Positions 40,401 through 51,245 of a stretch of DNA of 64,000 nt are shown piece after piece. The DNA is taken from contig OZ296659.1 in NCBI GenBank assembly GCA_965655095.1, positions 35,092,001-35,156,000 on the forward strand, read 5' to 3'. The DNA is from Haplodiscus bocki. Lineage: Eukaryota. Numbering within the stretch: position 1 is the stretch's first letter; every line of letters starts with the position of its first letter. Under the pieces are notes generated by a model that was not told the origin of the DNA, made no database searches, and saw nothing but the letters and a program-made list of their open reading frames with translations. Made by a program: the position numbers and the translations under genes.

Positions 40401-43400
40401 TTCTCGGCAGACGTGTCAATTCTGAGAAAAGAAAAATATTACTGAAAGCTAAAGGAAACTGCATTGAATTCTGGCTCAAATGCATGAAATTTTTGTTTCT
40501 AAATTCAGTGGCGATGAGCGCGCTGGAGTTTACCAACTGCTTCCAAGAGATAATTATTGATCAAAGATATCTAACCTGCCCATTTGCTATTTTCGTTCAC
40601 TTCATTGCGTTCCTTGTCTAAAGCCGCGGGGAAGGATCTGTCGGGTGATAACGAATCGCTCACATCACTCTCCTCTTTGATGTCAATCACAGGCGTCCTA
40701 CACAAAAAAATACTGCAGCAGATTAGAAGTAGGCAAAGACTTATAACTGGTTCCGTAACTGTCCATCAGTGAACTAAAATTTCAATCTGATCGGATTTCT
40801 CTGCACTATTGTCTGTTTAAAGACTTCCACAAAGAATTCAACCGATCTACTTGTACTGGTCATTGCGGAGGTAGTGCGTTTGGCAAACGCAATAAATAGG
40901 AAGCAAAATAACTGCGACACATGCTTGAATTCTCTTCCGAGGAAACGACTGGCAAACTCAATTACGAGTTCATTGGGTTTGATCTTTTTTGACTTATCGT
41001 ATTACTTTTAGTATTTTCTGCTCAACATCGAGCCTACACTTTAGCTTTACTAGTACACTAAAGAATTGAATACTCGATATAGTCAAAATACATTATTTCA
41101 GCGGCTATGAAGGTTTTTGTGATTATTACAGGAACAACCTCCAGTAAATTAATTGATACTCGTTCACACTCAGACGGTTACGCTGCAGCAAACAATTCTT
41201 GTCATTGACAGTGGTTTTGTATGCACGCTGTGATTATTTTTCACTTCAATTAGCCAAAGCTCCTGTAAATTTTGATCAATTTAGAAAATTATATACAAAA
41301 AACTAACCTAAGGTCAGAAGGGCCATGGGCATAAGGACAATGTCCTCTTTCCTTCTCTAGTCTACATATCAACTTTCCATCCGATCCTTTCACACTGTCG
41401 TATGAACAGATACTAGTTTTGTAGAAACGCGGATGAAACTTTCTTTCCGTGTCTCCGGCGTTATGATGCAAATATTTACAACTAAAACAAGCATCTGGTC
41501 AGGAAAAAGTTTAGATCGATGCAGATATCTACAGTACTGATTTTCATTAAGTGAACTCATGAGCAAAAATTGAACAACTAGAGCTGATTTTCTCAAAGCA
41601 CAATGATTTATGAGGAAACAGTAAAGAGCAGAAATTTTTGAAATCTCCAAAATCTCGAAAAAGTACAGGGAAACAACAAGATACAATATTTTAGCTTTGA
41701 ATGTTTCCCAAAGCATTGGACTCTTACAATTATCTAGCAAATGCAGTTCTGAAAATTTACGTTACTCAAGTGAAGTGAATTTTCTATACATTCATTTATA
41801 AAAAGAATTTTTTTGAGTTCAGAACTCAGGAAATTGTGAAAACCAAAACTTTTAGGAGAGATTGAAAGCTGAAAAACGGAGCATACAGTTTTGTACCTTT
41901 TTGGACACATCAGATTCTTGGAAGAACGAGCGTTTTCGAAGAAGGTGAAATTTGGGTCAAATTTACTTCGCATGGCTTCGGATGGATTCTAAAGTTTCAT
42001 TTGAGCCCATCAAACTTGAATTATTCATCCATTTAGTACATCAAAATCAGGAAAAGGTCCAAAAATAGCTAAAATTGGGGTCTTAAATTCTTCGAATATT
42101 GAATAGACTTTCATTAAAAACAATTGTGATCTTAACAAAAATTATTTGAAATTTCTATGAATTATTTACATAACTCCTAATTTTTGAAAGTTTGAGCTTC
42201 AAAAACGTCAGCTTTTAATCAGGAGTTCACCTAATTAAATAAAATCACTACTGTAGTTTTTTAAAGTCCAACCGGGAAAAATATAATTAACTTGACATTC
42301 ACAAGTTCTACGTCAAATTTTTAATTCACAAAAAACGCGAGAAATTGTTACCCTAAATAGCATCATCGCATACTAGATTCTAATTGCACGAGAGATTTTA
42401 CCTTGGAAGGTCATTTTCTGAGAAGTAGATAGCTTACAAGCTAATGCAGTTGTGAAGCACATTCGTAGAAGCAAAGGTAGATTTTTCGATTCCTATTCCA
42501 TTTTAAATGAAGATAAAGTTATACATTTCATATCCCTGTGTACGTCTGACGTTGATAAAAGGCTAACCTGTCCCCATCGGGGCACTGTCCCGCGTCGAGA
42601 CTGTACTTGAGGCAATACACGTGAGGGGAGTACGTAAACTGTCCGTCCTTCTCAATGGCCACCTTGCGTCTCTTCTGAGCCTTGAAGTGCCAAAAGAAGC
42701 AGCAGTAGGGCTTGTGGTGTCTGCATGCCATCACACCCCCAGATGAAAACTCCGGGCACTGCTTCACTCGAAACTGACTCATGTACCTGTAGAGAAAACA
42801 TGAGTTGTCAAATGTTTCCATTGAAAATCAAGGATCAATACAATTCAAATAATCGGGGATCAAGCGAACAATCTCCACCCCACACTATTTAAACCATGTG
42901 TAGTTGATCAGTATTAAAAATCGTATATCGTCCGATTGGTCCACTAGGCTCGGTGATACTTAACTGACGCCATTAATAAACACTCTCATATGAAATAATA
43001 TTTTCTCAAGCGTGGCAAGGAGATGTACCAGTGGTCATCCAATAATTTGACAACCGTACATGTTCGATTATTTGAGACGATAAAGATGCAAAATTAAATA
43101 TATGTATCTGTAGATTGTTATTGGGAAGCAGTCAAAGCAGAGAAACGATATTTCTGATTTCTGAGAAATGCCGCACTGCAAATCACTCCACTTTTCTACA
43201 GTAGTGTTAAAAATAAACGCATCAACGCACAAATCTCAAATTCGAATATCACAAAAACCTAAGGATTTTCAGAAAATGCCCTCAGTAAAAGTTTCCTGGA
43301 ATTGTATCTAGCTTACAATCATTTTTGATTGAAGCGTCTACGGTCAAAATGCAGAAGTTACGAATAACCATTTTTGGACAATCTTGGCTCAAATTGGCGG

Positions 43401-46400
43401 TTTTTTTTCCATTTTTGAACCACTTTAAAAAATGTTTTCCAGCTAAGTTAACATTCAAAAAATTCACCTGAATATCCTGAAGCCACTGATATGTTTTGAA
43501 GCAAAAACTAATTTTGAGAAGTAAAAAAATCGAGATCCCAAAATAGAGATTTTTGAATTTTCATGTTTCAACATTAGATCTTGAAATTTGCAAATTTTAA
43601 AACTTCCATTCTATAGAAAATTTCTACATAACTTTGCTTTTAAAAGCTGTCAGTGGCTTTAGGAGATTTTTTCAGGGAAAAAAAATTGCGAAAAGTATTG
43701 TATAACACACTCAAAATTAGGCAAAATCAATAGAAATTGTCTCAAGTAGACCAATACTATTTGCGTAATTTTAATTAGCAAATGAAATTTCTCAAATTAG
43801 GTCTATTTTCTTGATGCGTTTGTTTTTCACACTACTGCATTTCGCATGTAGACGTCGCTCATTTCTGAGAAATCGATTTGTATTGCAGATTATTGATTTC
43901 TGTAATTGAATTTTTAATAGGTGGAAATTAGGACGTCATCCAACAAATTCGGTTGAGTGCTTCGGCCAAAAGACCACAAGTGAGGAACAAAAGAAAAAGT
44001 TCCACCAACCAGCAGTTTAGAAAAGCATGAAAAATCTAAAAGTACTAAAAGACCCCTCTTGACGTTTTTGCGGTCCCCTTGATACCCTGAAATTTTTTTT
44101 TCAAAAATCAATATATTCCGCAAGACCAAGGCTCCCCAACGAGTATTTCGTAACTTCCGGGTGGCGTCGGCTTGTTCCGTCTTCTAACGAAAAGTTTTGT
44201 ACTAAGCCGAATACGCCGGGAGCGGCTGAGACGGCAACGCTCGTAACGTGCACATTATTCGTTGGGGATTATCATGTTTTCTAGTCGACAAATTTGTCTC
44301 ACAGTATCCAAAATCTTTGTGAAGAGCCCCTACTTTGTACACGGAATGAGAAGGTCCGCAGCACGCTAAACAGCAATAAATGGTTTTATATGGTGGAGGA
44401 CTCTACAGTTCTTCATTTTCAGACCCTCGCGAAAAAAGGTGTCTCAAAAGTCGGTCTTTATTTCCATGAGCGCCAATTAAAAACAGTATACTTTCTACCG
44501 AACAAAACAGGCCAAGAACGGCCAAAATCGGGAATGGCCAAAGTCCGGGTCGTTCGGATGGCTCAAAAGACTCAACACAAACGCCAAGCATGTCATAAAG
44601 GAATGGCCTATAAACACGCATTTCTAAGGCTCTTTGTTAGAAAAATGCTTTAATGAACAATGAAAGTTAAATTTTCATCGATTATTTATTTACAAGTTAA
44701 GTATTTTCGCAAAAGAATGACAAAATGCATCATCCAACCGACATCGCGGATCCTCTAGGCTGTCATCATTTTAAGGAGCGCTGAATGGACCCAATTCAAC
44801 CGCCAGTTATAAAACGTTCCACGAACAACGCGAGAAAACATCAAAATTTCAATTTCAACTCAAAAAATTTCAGATTAAAAATCAACTAACATCTGAAAGC
44901 ATATACCGTGAAATCGATCATCGATGACAGAAATCACAGCTGTAGTTTTCCAGAAGGATTCCGAGTTGGAGTATCGAAATATGTCTATAATAAAGGCATT
45001 TTCGCTACTATAGGCCCATCAGGATTCCAGCTCCGATGTAAAAAAAAAACATATTTCATGGTAACCAAAAACGAGAACTCTGCTTCAAGTGGAACTCTAT
45101 CGATTGACACCGTGATTGCAGAAACAAGCAGGCCATGAGCAGAGGAAACAAGAGTTTGAAAATCGAAGCATGACAAGACTGACTGATTGCACTTTCTGGC
45201 ACTTCTGGTCATCAAGAAAACACTGCATGGAAGAAATTCTTTCACTAGTATAGCCCAAACAAGTAGAAGGCATTAGATCCAGACTTGAGAAGTGTAAATC
45301 AGTCAATAGTTACTGAGGAAAGCGAGTTTCAAAATCGAGATGAGTCCATGTTGCAAAAATTTTCGGCCATTCTGGTCCATCAGGATTCCAATGCACTGAA
45401 CAAAATCAAGATATTTTACTCCAACAATCCATCAACAAAAGTAAACTCTAGAGTGAGACGTTCGAAAGAGAAATCAAGTCAGTAGTTTTGGAAACACGAG
45501 TTCGAAAATCCATAACAGTGCATAACAAAAACAATAGTCATTTTCGCGCTGCCAAGACTTCAAGGCAGGCACGGAAAGGTTCGTTTTTTCAAATCACGTC
45601 AAGAAAAAGGAACTAGTCAATTTCGGCTTTGGTGGAAGGAATCAAGTCTAAGGTTCTGAGGAAATATGAGTTTGAAGATAGAAATTATTCAGTAGTGAAA
45701 GGATCTCGGCAATCTAGGACTATCAGGACTTCGAGGCAAGGTACAAAATCATTTTTTTTTCGAAACCCAGTAGTCCACCAAAAACGGAAAACTACATACT
45801 GACAGCTTGAAGCACGAAGTTGAGTCAATGTAATGGACAACCACGATTCCAAAGTCGGGAAAAAAAGTCAGACATGACAGCAGTTCTTTTGCAATTTCCG
45901 ACAACCACAATTCCTACGCAAAGATCAAAATGAATCAATCGTCACATACAAAATAGCCCTAGGAATAGAAAAACGTCAATTGAGACCTCGATGAAAGAAA
46001 CTAAGCCCGTAGTTACGGAGAAAAAACAGTTTGAAAAAACGGAAGAAAACAGTTTGAATCTCGGAAAGAATCAATATTATTGGCACAACTTCGAGTCCTC
46101 GGGCTATTAGAAATCCGAACCAAAGATCGAAAAGCATGATTTCACACTCGAATTGTCCTCTTTTACGTTTAATGTGAGCGATTGAAACCGTGATGGAAGA
46201 AAACAAAACTGGAGGTACAGACAAGCATGAATTCGAATCGGGATGAATCAATATTGAAAGCTTTATTCGGAATTTCCCATCAAGATCCTGGTTCAAGGAT
46301 CCGAATGTATGGTCTTTGAAAAGCATCCTCCTCTATGAATGTTAAGTTTTCGATTGAGACCTTGATTGAGAAAAAACCTGTAGATAGGGAGAAACATGAG

Positions 46401-48510
46401 TTCCATTGTCTGGATGAATCAAAACTATAATAAGCACTTTTCGGAAGTTTAGGACAATCAGATTTCCGAAGCACGGATCAAAAAATAGGAGTCTTCAGTC
46501 TTTATCCCTTATACGAACAAAACATTTTCGACTGACTTGATTGAATCTTTAGTTATGGAAAAAATTGAAACTGAATGTCGTGTAAGTCATAAGTAAAAAT
46601 GTTTGGAGCAATTTCAGACTATTCGGACTTCGACGCAAAGAATGGAAAAGATAGGCTTAGAATCGGACACTTCCCTAAAAGTATAAAATTTTCGATTGAG
46701 AACTTGACAAAAGAAAATAGGCCTGCAGTTACGGGGGAAAAGAGTTAGAATCTTGCGATGATACCAAAAGAAAAGCACAATTAGGAAATTTCGAACTATC
46801 AGTTATACGGACCAAGGATTGAAATAGATGATTATTCAATCAAATCCTCTTACACAATTGTCAGGACATTGATTGAGGTCTTGATTCAAAAAATCAAGAC
46901 TACAGTAAAGGATAAAATTGTTTGATTACGGAGCTCATATAACACCAATAGCACTATGTTGAGTTTTCGGAACATCAGGAGTCTGATGAAAGGATCAAAA
47001 CACATGATCATTCAATCGAACTTTTTCCTAACGTGTGAAGTTTTTGATTGACACCCCGCAGGAAGAAATAAGATTTGTAGTTGGTGTAGTTAGAGAGAAA
47101 CATTTCGATTACATGCATGAATAAAAAAACTTTTTTGGAATTTTCGGACTAAAATGATTGTGATGCAAGGATCGAAACTAATGCTTCTTTATTCGAAGAC
47201 CTTCTACAAGTCTAATGATTTTGATTGAGAAATCGATGGAAGAACTCGATCCTGTAGTTCACGTAAAACATGAGCTAGGAAATCGAGATGAACGAAATCT
47301 AAAAGCTTCATTTTGGAATTTTCGGACTATCAAGAATTTGATGCAAGAATCAAAAATAACTGTTTTACAATAGAATCCTTATTTACGATTATAACGCTTT
47401 CAAGTGAGACCCTGATGGAAGAAAACAACCAGTGGTTGTTAGCAATAAGGGGTTTCAGAATCGAAATTTATCGATGAGAGCACTTTTTGGAATTTTCGGA
47501 CAATCAGGATTGACACGCAGGGAACAAAACCATCGATTCGTCAAACTAGTACTCTTACACTAGAACCCTTTCGACTGAGAACTGGTTGGAAAAATTGAAC
47601 CTTGTATTTCTGGAGAAAAATGCGTACAACTTCAAAGAAACTCGATACCGATTGCGCTTTTTGGCATTGCCTCAATTTGAGGATCACAGAACGAAATGTT
47701 TCAACACCAACACCAAAACTTTGAAGTACACTTGTAATTTTTGACCCGAAAGAATTACGAAAGCGGAGAAAACTGCTGAGAAAAGGCTGAAACAAAAATT
47801 CAATTATTCACATCAGTGGTTACACTTTATCAGATTTATAGGCTTCTTTTTCGGCTGTAGAGGAAAATCAACAGAAAAAATTGCAATTTCTTAACAAATA
47901 CTGCTGAAAAAACTATTTGTTTCAGTTACATGGGATAACTCATAAATTTTGAAGAAGAAACCCACCCATCAAAAAACCTTGAATTCTGACGAAAAAACCG
48001 TTTTTTTCGCAAAAAAGGTTTTGTTCGGGGGTATCTAAAATTATATAGAAATAATGAATCGATAGCGGGATTTGAACGCGTTAGCTGTGGGATACCTAAT
48101 TGCAGTGCCACCTTCACATATGCATCATGCATTACAATAAAGATTCTGCAGACTGCATATCTGAGCGTCATGGGCAAAATCAGGAAAATGAAAAAAGTCC
48201 CAGTACTCGTTTGAAAATTTCCCTCCCGAAAAACTTTTAGGACGAAAAAAGAAAAGGCCATTCAAAAGACCCGTGGGCAGTTGAATCATTGCTACATGGT
48301 TCCATTCATACTGAAAAGAATATAAAAAAAAACAGAATTCAATTAACATCAAAACGAAAGGAAAAAAAATCTGTTTAAAAAAAGTTTAAAGGAGAAAAAC
48401 CAGAGAAGAACTGCCTATATTTGCTCATTTCAGACTGAAATTTTGCCAGGAGTCAGACCATCTGTGTTCATCCAAAGATCTTACCGCCAGCGATTAGCCC
48501 ATTCAGCCAT
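25234..48510 (-). CDS. unk: Unkempt-family CCCH zinc-finger/RING RNA-binding protein; 13 exons, 1036 aa
   Basis: join(complement): 48485-48510, 42568-42786, 41308-41481, 40576-40697, 37823-38088, 36809-37412, 36321-36475, 29962-30241, 29334-29759, 28969-29087, 27819-28016, 26563-26898, 25234-25419 = 3111 nt; all introns GT-AG with matching phases; six CCCH fingers with Unkempt linkers (YMSQFRVKQC, DTERKFHPRFYKT, NYKTQPC, KDRRRSP, HTRVEQQFHPDIYKTTKC), PVNIP motif, C-terminal RING. Confidence 0.9.
26563..26898 (-). CDS. unk: unkempt exon 12 (pre-RING helix)
   Basis: ttccag|TLRYDPG...MESLTLDQLQEVKDILSCDIRKIDN|gtaagt. Confidence 0.8.
27819..28016 (-). CDS. unk: unkempt exon 11
   Basis: tttcag|ASMTSNSNYPG...SPSSQSPLS...CTG|gttag. 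Confidence 0.75.
28160..28290. repeat. Short intronic repeat with recurring CAGCGCTGA-like palindromic units
   Basis: tcagcgctga, acagcgctgt, tcagcgccga and acagcactga within ~130 bp. Confidence 0.45.
28969..29087 (-). CDS. unk: unkempt exon 10 (absent from ORF track; SQPVNIP motif)
   Basis: ttttag|GMVNTKASQPVNIPRLSQ...PEDN|gttag; phase 1->0. Confidence 0.8.
29334..29759 (-). CDS. unk: unkempt exon 9
   Basis: tttcag|..ASQPPQL...LSVDLEDSLD...GPM|gttag. Confidence 0.8.
29962..30241 (-). CDS. unk: unkempt exon 8
   Basis: tttcag|TGGNPWFG...FEKRD...PLFYDSL|gtatga. Confidence 0.78.
30813..30885 (+). other. tRNA-derived (SINE-head-like) fragment in an unkempt intron
   Basis: A-box TAGTACATTGG (30820-30830), degenerate B-box GGGTTCCATTCT (30863-30874), AT-rich tail; acceptor stem does not pair. 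Confidence 0.4.
31150..31900. repeat. Intronic repeat with recurring TCTACAGCAAATTT(G/A)CCAC-like motif (also near 26070)
   Basis: Motif copies near 31181, 31275, 31589, 31718 and 26070. Confidence 0.5.
33595..33665 (+). other. tRNA-Cys-like pseudogene or SINE head
   Basis: 'GTAGAGCATACAACTGCAGCGCAAATGGTCCCAGG' parallels tRNA-Cys(GCA) GTAGAGCAT.TGACTGCAGATCAA.AGGTCCC.GG; B-box decayed. Confidence 0.45.
35185..36030 (+). repeat. Dispersed repeat family A, copy 3 (three internal sub-repeats)
   Basis: CATGTCTTTTCAGGTTACGTCATTTTGCTG-like units at ~35189, 35303 and 35803; 3' part matches 19690-19820. Confidence 0.65.
36321..36475 (-). CDS. unk: unkempt exon 7
   Basis: ttccttttcag| ...QPKKP|gttag; needed to convert phase 1->0; alternative in-frame acceptor at 36457. 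Confidence 0.7.
36809..37412 (-). CDS. unk: unkempt exon 6 (ZF6 + G/S/N-rich disordered region)
   Basis: ccacag|IYKTTKCHDYQQTGRCPRGVYCAFSH...|gttag. Confidence 0.9.
37823..38088 (-). CDS. unk: unkempt exon 5 (ZF4, ZF5)
   Basis: YILRNYKTQPC...CRQGFACPLYHNAKDRRRSP...CGYCHTRVEQQFHPD|gttag. Confidence 0.93.
40576..40697 (-). CDS. unk: unkempt exon 4 (ZF3-ZF4 linker)
   Basis: gtgtag|TPVIDIKEE...ENSKWA|gttag; phase 2->1; resembles the PVYDIRE...W linker. Confidence 0.85.
41308..41481 (-). CDS. unk: unkempt exon 3 (end of ZF2, ZF3)
   Basis: ttttag|CKYLHHNAGDTERKFHPRFYKTSIC...CPYAHGPSDL|gttag. Confidence 0.92.
42568..42786 (-). CDS. unk: unkempt exon 2 (ZF1, start of ZF2)
   Basis: ctacag|..YMSQFRVKQCPEF...CRHHKPYCCFFWH...CPDGD|gttag. 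Confidence 0.92.
45000..47540. repeat. Diverged ~175-bp tandem satellite (~14-15 units) in unkempt intron 1
   Basis: GGAATTTTCGGACTATCA..A...GATGCAAGGATCAAAA-like anchor at ~46268, 46441, 46610, 46783, 46960, 47136, 47314 and 47489, weaker copies back to ~45017. Confidence 0.7.
48485..48510 (-). CDS. unk: unkempt exon 1 (MAEWANRWR), 26-nt coding part
   Basis: ATG..TGG CG|GTAAG; phase 2 matches the exon 2 acceptor (G TAC ATG). Confidence 0.6.
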
Positions 48511-49612
48511 GAACTGACAACATCTGAACGATGGTCTGGAAGAAAAAACGCTTTCGACGAATGAGAAGAAAAACCGCCTTCGATTATTCAAACAACAGTC
48601 GAGATAGTCCGTGGTAGAAATTAGAGAAACACTATCCCAGCTATTTGCCAGAAAGTTACAGCAGCGAGTAGATGATTGAGCGCTTGATGAACAAAATCCT
48701 ACCATTAGTCATCAGGAAGATTTTGAAACATTTAGCGATCGGCACAAGAGAAAACTTCTTTGACTCTTCACGCACATGCTAACACATTCTGGAATGGAAG
48801 TTGGAAAAAGACAAACAGGGCTGCTCATCGGAAGCTCAACTCTCATGCCCCAAATCTGAGTATTTACCAAACGTAACCAAACCCGGACAGTCAATCCTGA
48901 AACCTGCTTTGAGCAATCACCTGTCAACGCAATCCTTTTTGTTCCATTTAACGATAGTTTTGCTCCCTAGCAAAAGCCAACTGTAGACGGCAGATAGGGC
49001 CAAACGGCTACGAAAATTCCCAGTGCACGAGAAAACAGGCAAATTTTATTCAAAACTTCGTCACATCACGGTTGATTTTATTCACGGGAAACAGATGGAC
49101 ACTTCAAAAGGTTCAATTCCAAAAAAGCAAGAAAAATTAATCCAAATTGAATCCATACCAGTCAATTAGCGGACTCTTAGACTTAAAAAAGTTGACTTCG
49201 CATGCAAATTTTTCCTACATTTCCCAAGGTTTCGTAATCATACTCGCTAAGTACCCCCCCCCCCCCTTCATATTTCAAAACGTACCCCACTAAGCGAACG
49301 GCCTCCACGGAACTCCCAAACTGAACGGCAAAGACCCCGTTCGGATTGGAGTTTGCCACATCAAAACACACGTAGAAAAAGTTACAGCGAGTTGCATTGC
49401 ACAACTTAAAAGCGAGTGAATTTCTCGTGATTTGTCGTCAAGCCTGCTAATTTAAAGTTTCGTTTTTACACCAAATATAGAGCTCCCAATCCCGCACGTC
49501 GCTTTTGAGTATCCCTCTTTTGTTTGCCAAGTTGTTCTCTAGCAACATTACAGAAAGTACGCTGAACATGCATCTAACTTGGCCCATGATCTGCGCGCCT
49601 ATATTTTACACT

Positions 49613-49770
49613 AGTAGTATGGTGTGAGCATAAGTGGGGGGGGGGGAGACGAGGTCTCCTACGGGGATTCGAACCTGCGCGGACGGAATGGAAAAGTAAA
49701 TACGGCCCGCGGTCGTATCCGCGGCGTCACGGGAGCTAGTATTCGGCGGACCGGAAATTAAAATCGTTCC
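49613..49770 (+). repeat. Maverick left terminal inverted repeat
   Basis: AGTAGTATGGTGTGAGCATAAGT-G11-AGACGAGG...GGGAGCTAGTA; reverse complement of 62308-62442 with about 7 substitutions outside the G-tract. Confidence 0.93.
49655..49736 (-). promoter_or_regulatory. tRNA-like Pol III type-2 promoter module in the left TIR, pointing toward unkempt
   Basis: B-box on the minus strand (plus-strand GGATTCGAACC, 49665-49675); A-box-like TGACGCCGCGG. Confidence 0.5.
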
Positions 49771-50689
49771 GCCGTTTGCAGATTAGCGCCAGAGAGATTT
49801 ATTATGCGTACTTAATTAGAGTAATTAGGCGAATGCACTGACTTTTCAAAGGTTGGAAATGAAAGAAACAATTATTATACCATGGTAATTATTGTTAAGA
49901 ACTATGTTTGCTAAAAGCCCGTCAAAGGATTATAGTTTGTGAAAAAGCTTATTCTGCTTGTTTAATGTCAGCTGTTACGAACGCTGAAAGATTGACCTAA
50001 GATTTTGATTCGACTGATAATCTAAGTTCAGTGAAGTTTACTGTGGTCTAAAAGAACTGAAATGAATAGAACTGAGAAAAAAATCGAAACTGCCTACTTT
50101 CTGTCAATTTTGTCTAGCTCAGTTGTCTTATGAAGTCTCTGGAACACGGGAAACCCTCCCAGCACCCCCCAGGCGCGGCCTGTAGTCAAGGCTAATCCAA
50201 TACACGATCGGTTTCTAACGAAAGTACATTGTGTTTCAAATGTTTGCTGTTCAGACCGTCGTGACTACGATACGTATTGGACTGATAAATATACATTCGA
50301 CGTTGCTTAAGCTCACAATTTAGCGAATCCGAAATTACAGTACTTCGAATTTTCAATTGGTACATTCGTTAAATCAACTTTTTTGAAAAAAAGTTCTTTG
50401 GAGTTCCTCAGCGAAACACGAGTGAAAAAAACCCTAGATTATCTCACAGAGCAATCCATAAATCAATGAAAAGGATAATTTATTTCAAGTTGAGAGTATT
50501 TTTGTATAAAATAATCCGTAGTATAGCCAACAAGGCACGATGTTTCTATTGGAACTCTTGTCCAGATGTTACAAGCTTTGCTACAATGTCTACTACTTTA
50601 CTTCTACAATTTGTATCCTGAAAATAAAGTACGCATTTTCTAAAACAGAGAACTAAATCATCAAACAATGGAAATATTGCTAAAACGTT

Positions 50690-51245
50690 GAAAAGTTGAA
50701 AAAAAAAAGCGTGGAAAAGTTGAAAAAAAATGCAAAAAATAAGAAAAAAGTGCAAAAAACTTGAAACAAAGCGAAAAAAGAGAAAGTGAAAAAGTGCACA
50801 AAAAGCGTCGAAAGGTTGTGAAAAAATCATAAAAAATCATAAAAAATATGCTTTGAAACAGTCGGAAAAAAGCAAAAAAATTGGAAAAAAGTGTAGGAAA
50901 GTGCTGAAAAACTTGAAAAAAGCAAAAAAAATGCAAAAAGTAAAAAAAAAAAGGTGCAAAAAAATACCAAAAAAAGTGCATATGAGTTGAAAAAAGCAGA
51001 AAAAAAAGTAAGCAAAAAAGGAAAAAAAGTGCAAAAAAAACTGAAAAGAAAATGCAAAAAAACGGGAAAAAGTTGAAAAAAAGTCCAAAAAAGTTGGGAA
51101 AAAGCTTCAAAGCGTTGCGAAAAAACATCAAGAAGTTGAAAACATTGCTTCTAAAAAAAACTGCAAAAAACTTGGAAAAAAACGTCATAAAGTTTAAAAA
51201 AAGTGTAGGAAAGTCGAAAAGGAGTGAAAAAAAGGTAGAGAAAAG
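50690..51245. repeat. A-rich low-complexity array (AAAAAAGT/GCAAAAA units) replacing the polB polymerase domain
   Basis: Near-continuous A-tracts separated by GT, GC or TTG; abuts the polB truncation point. Confidence 0.8.
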
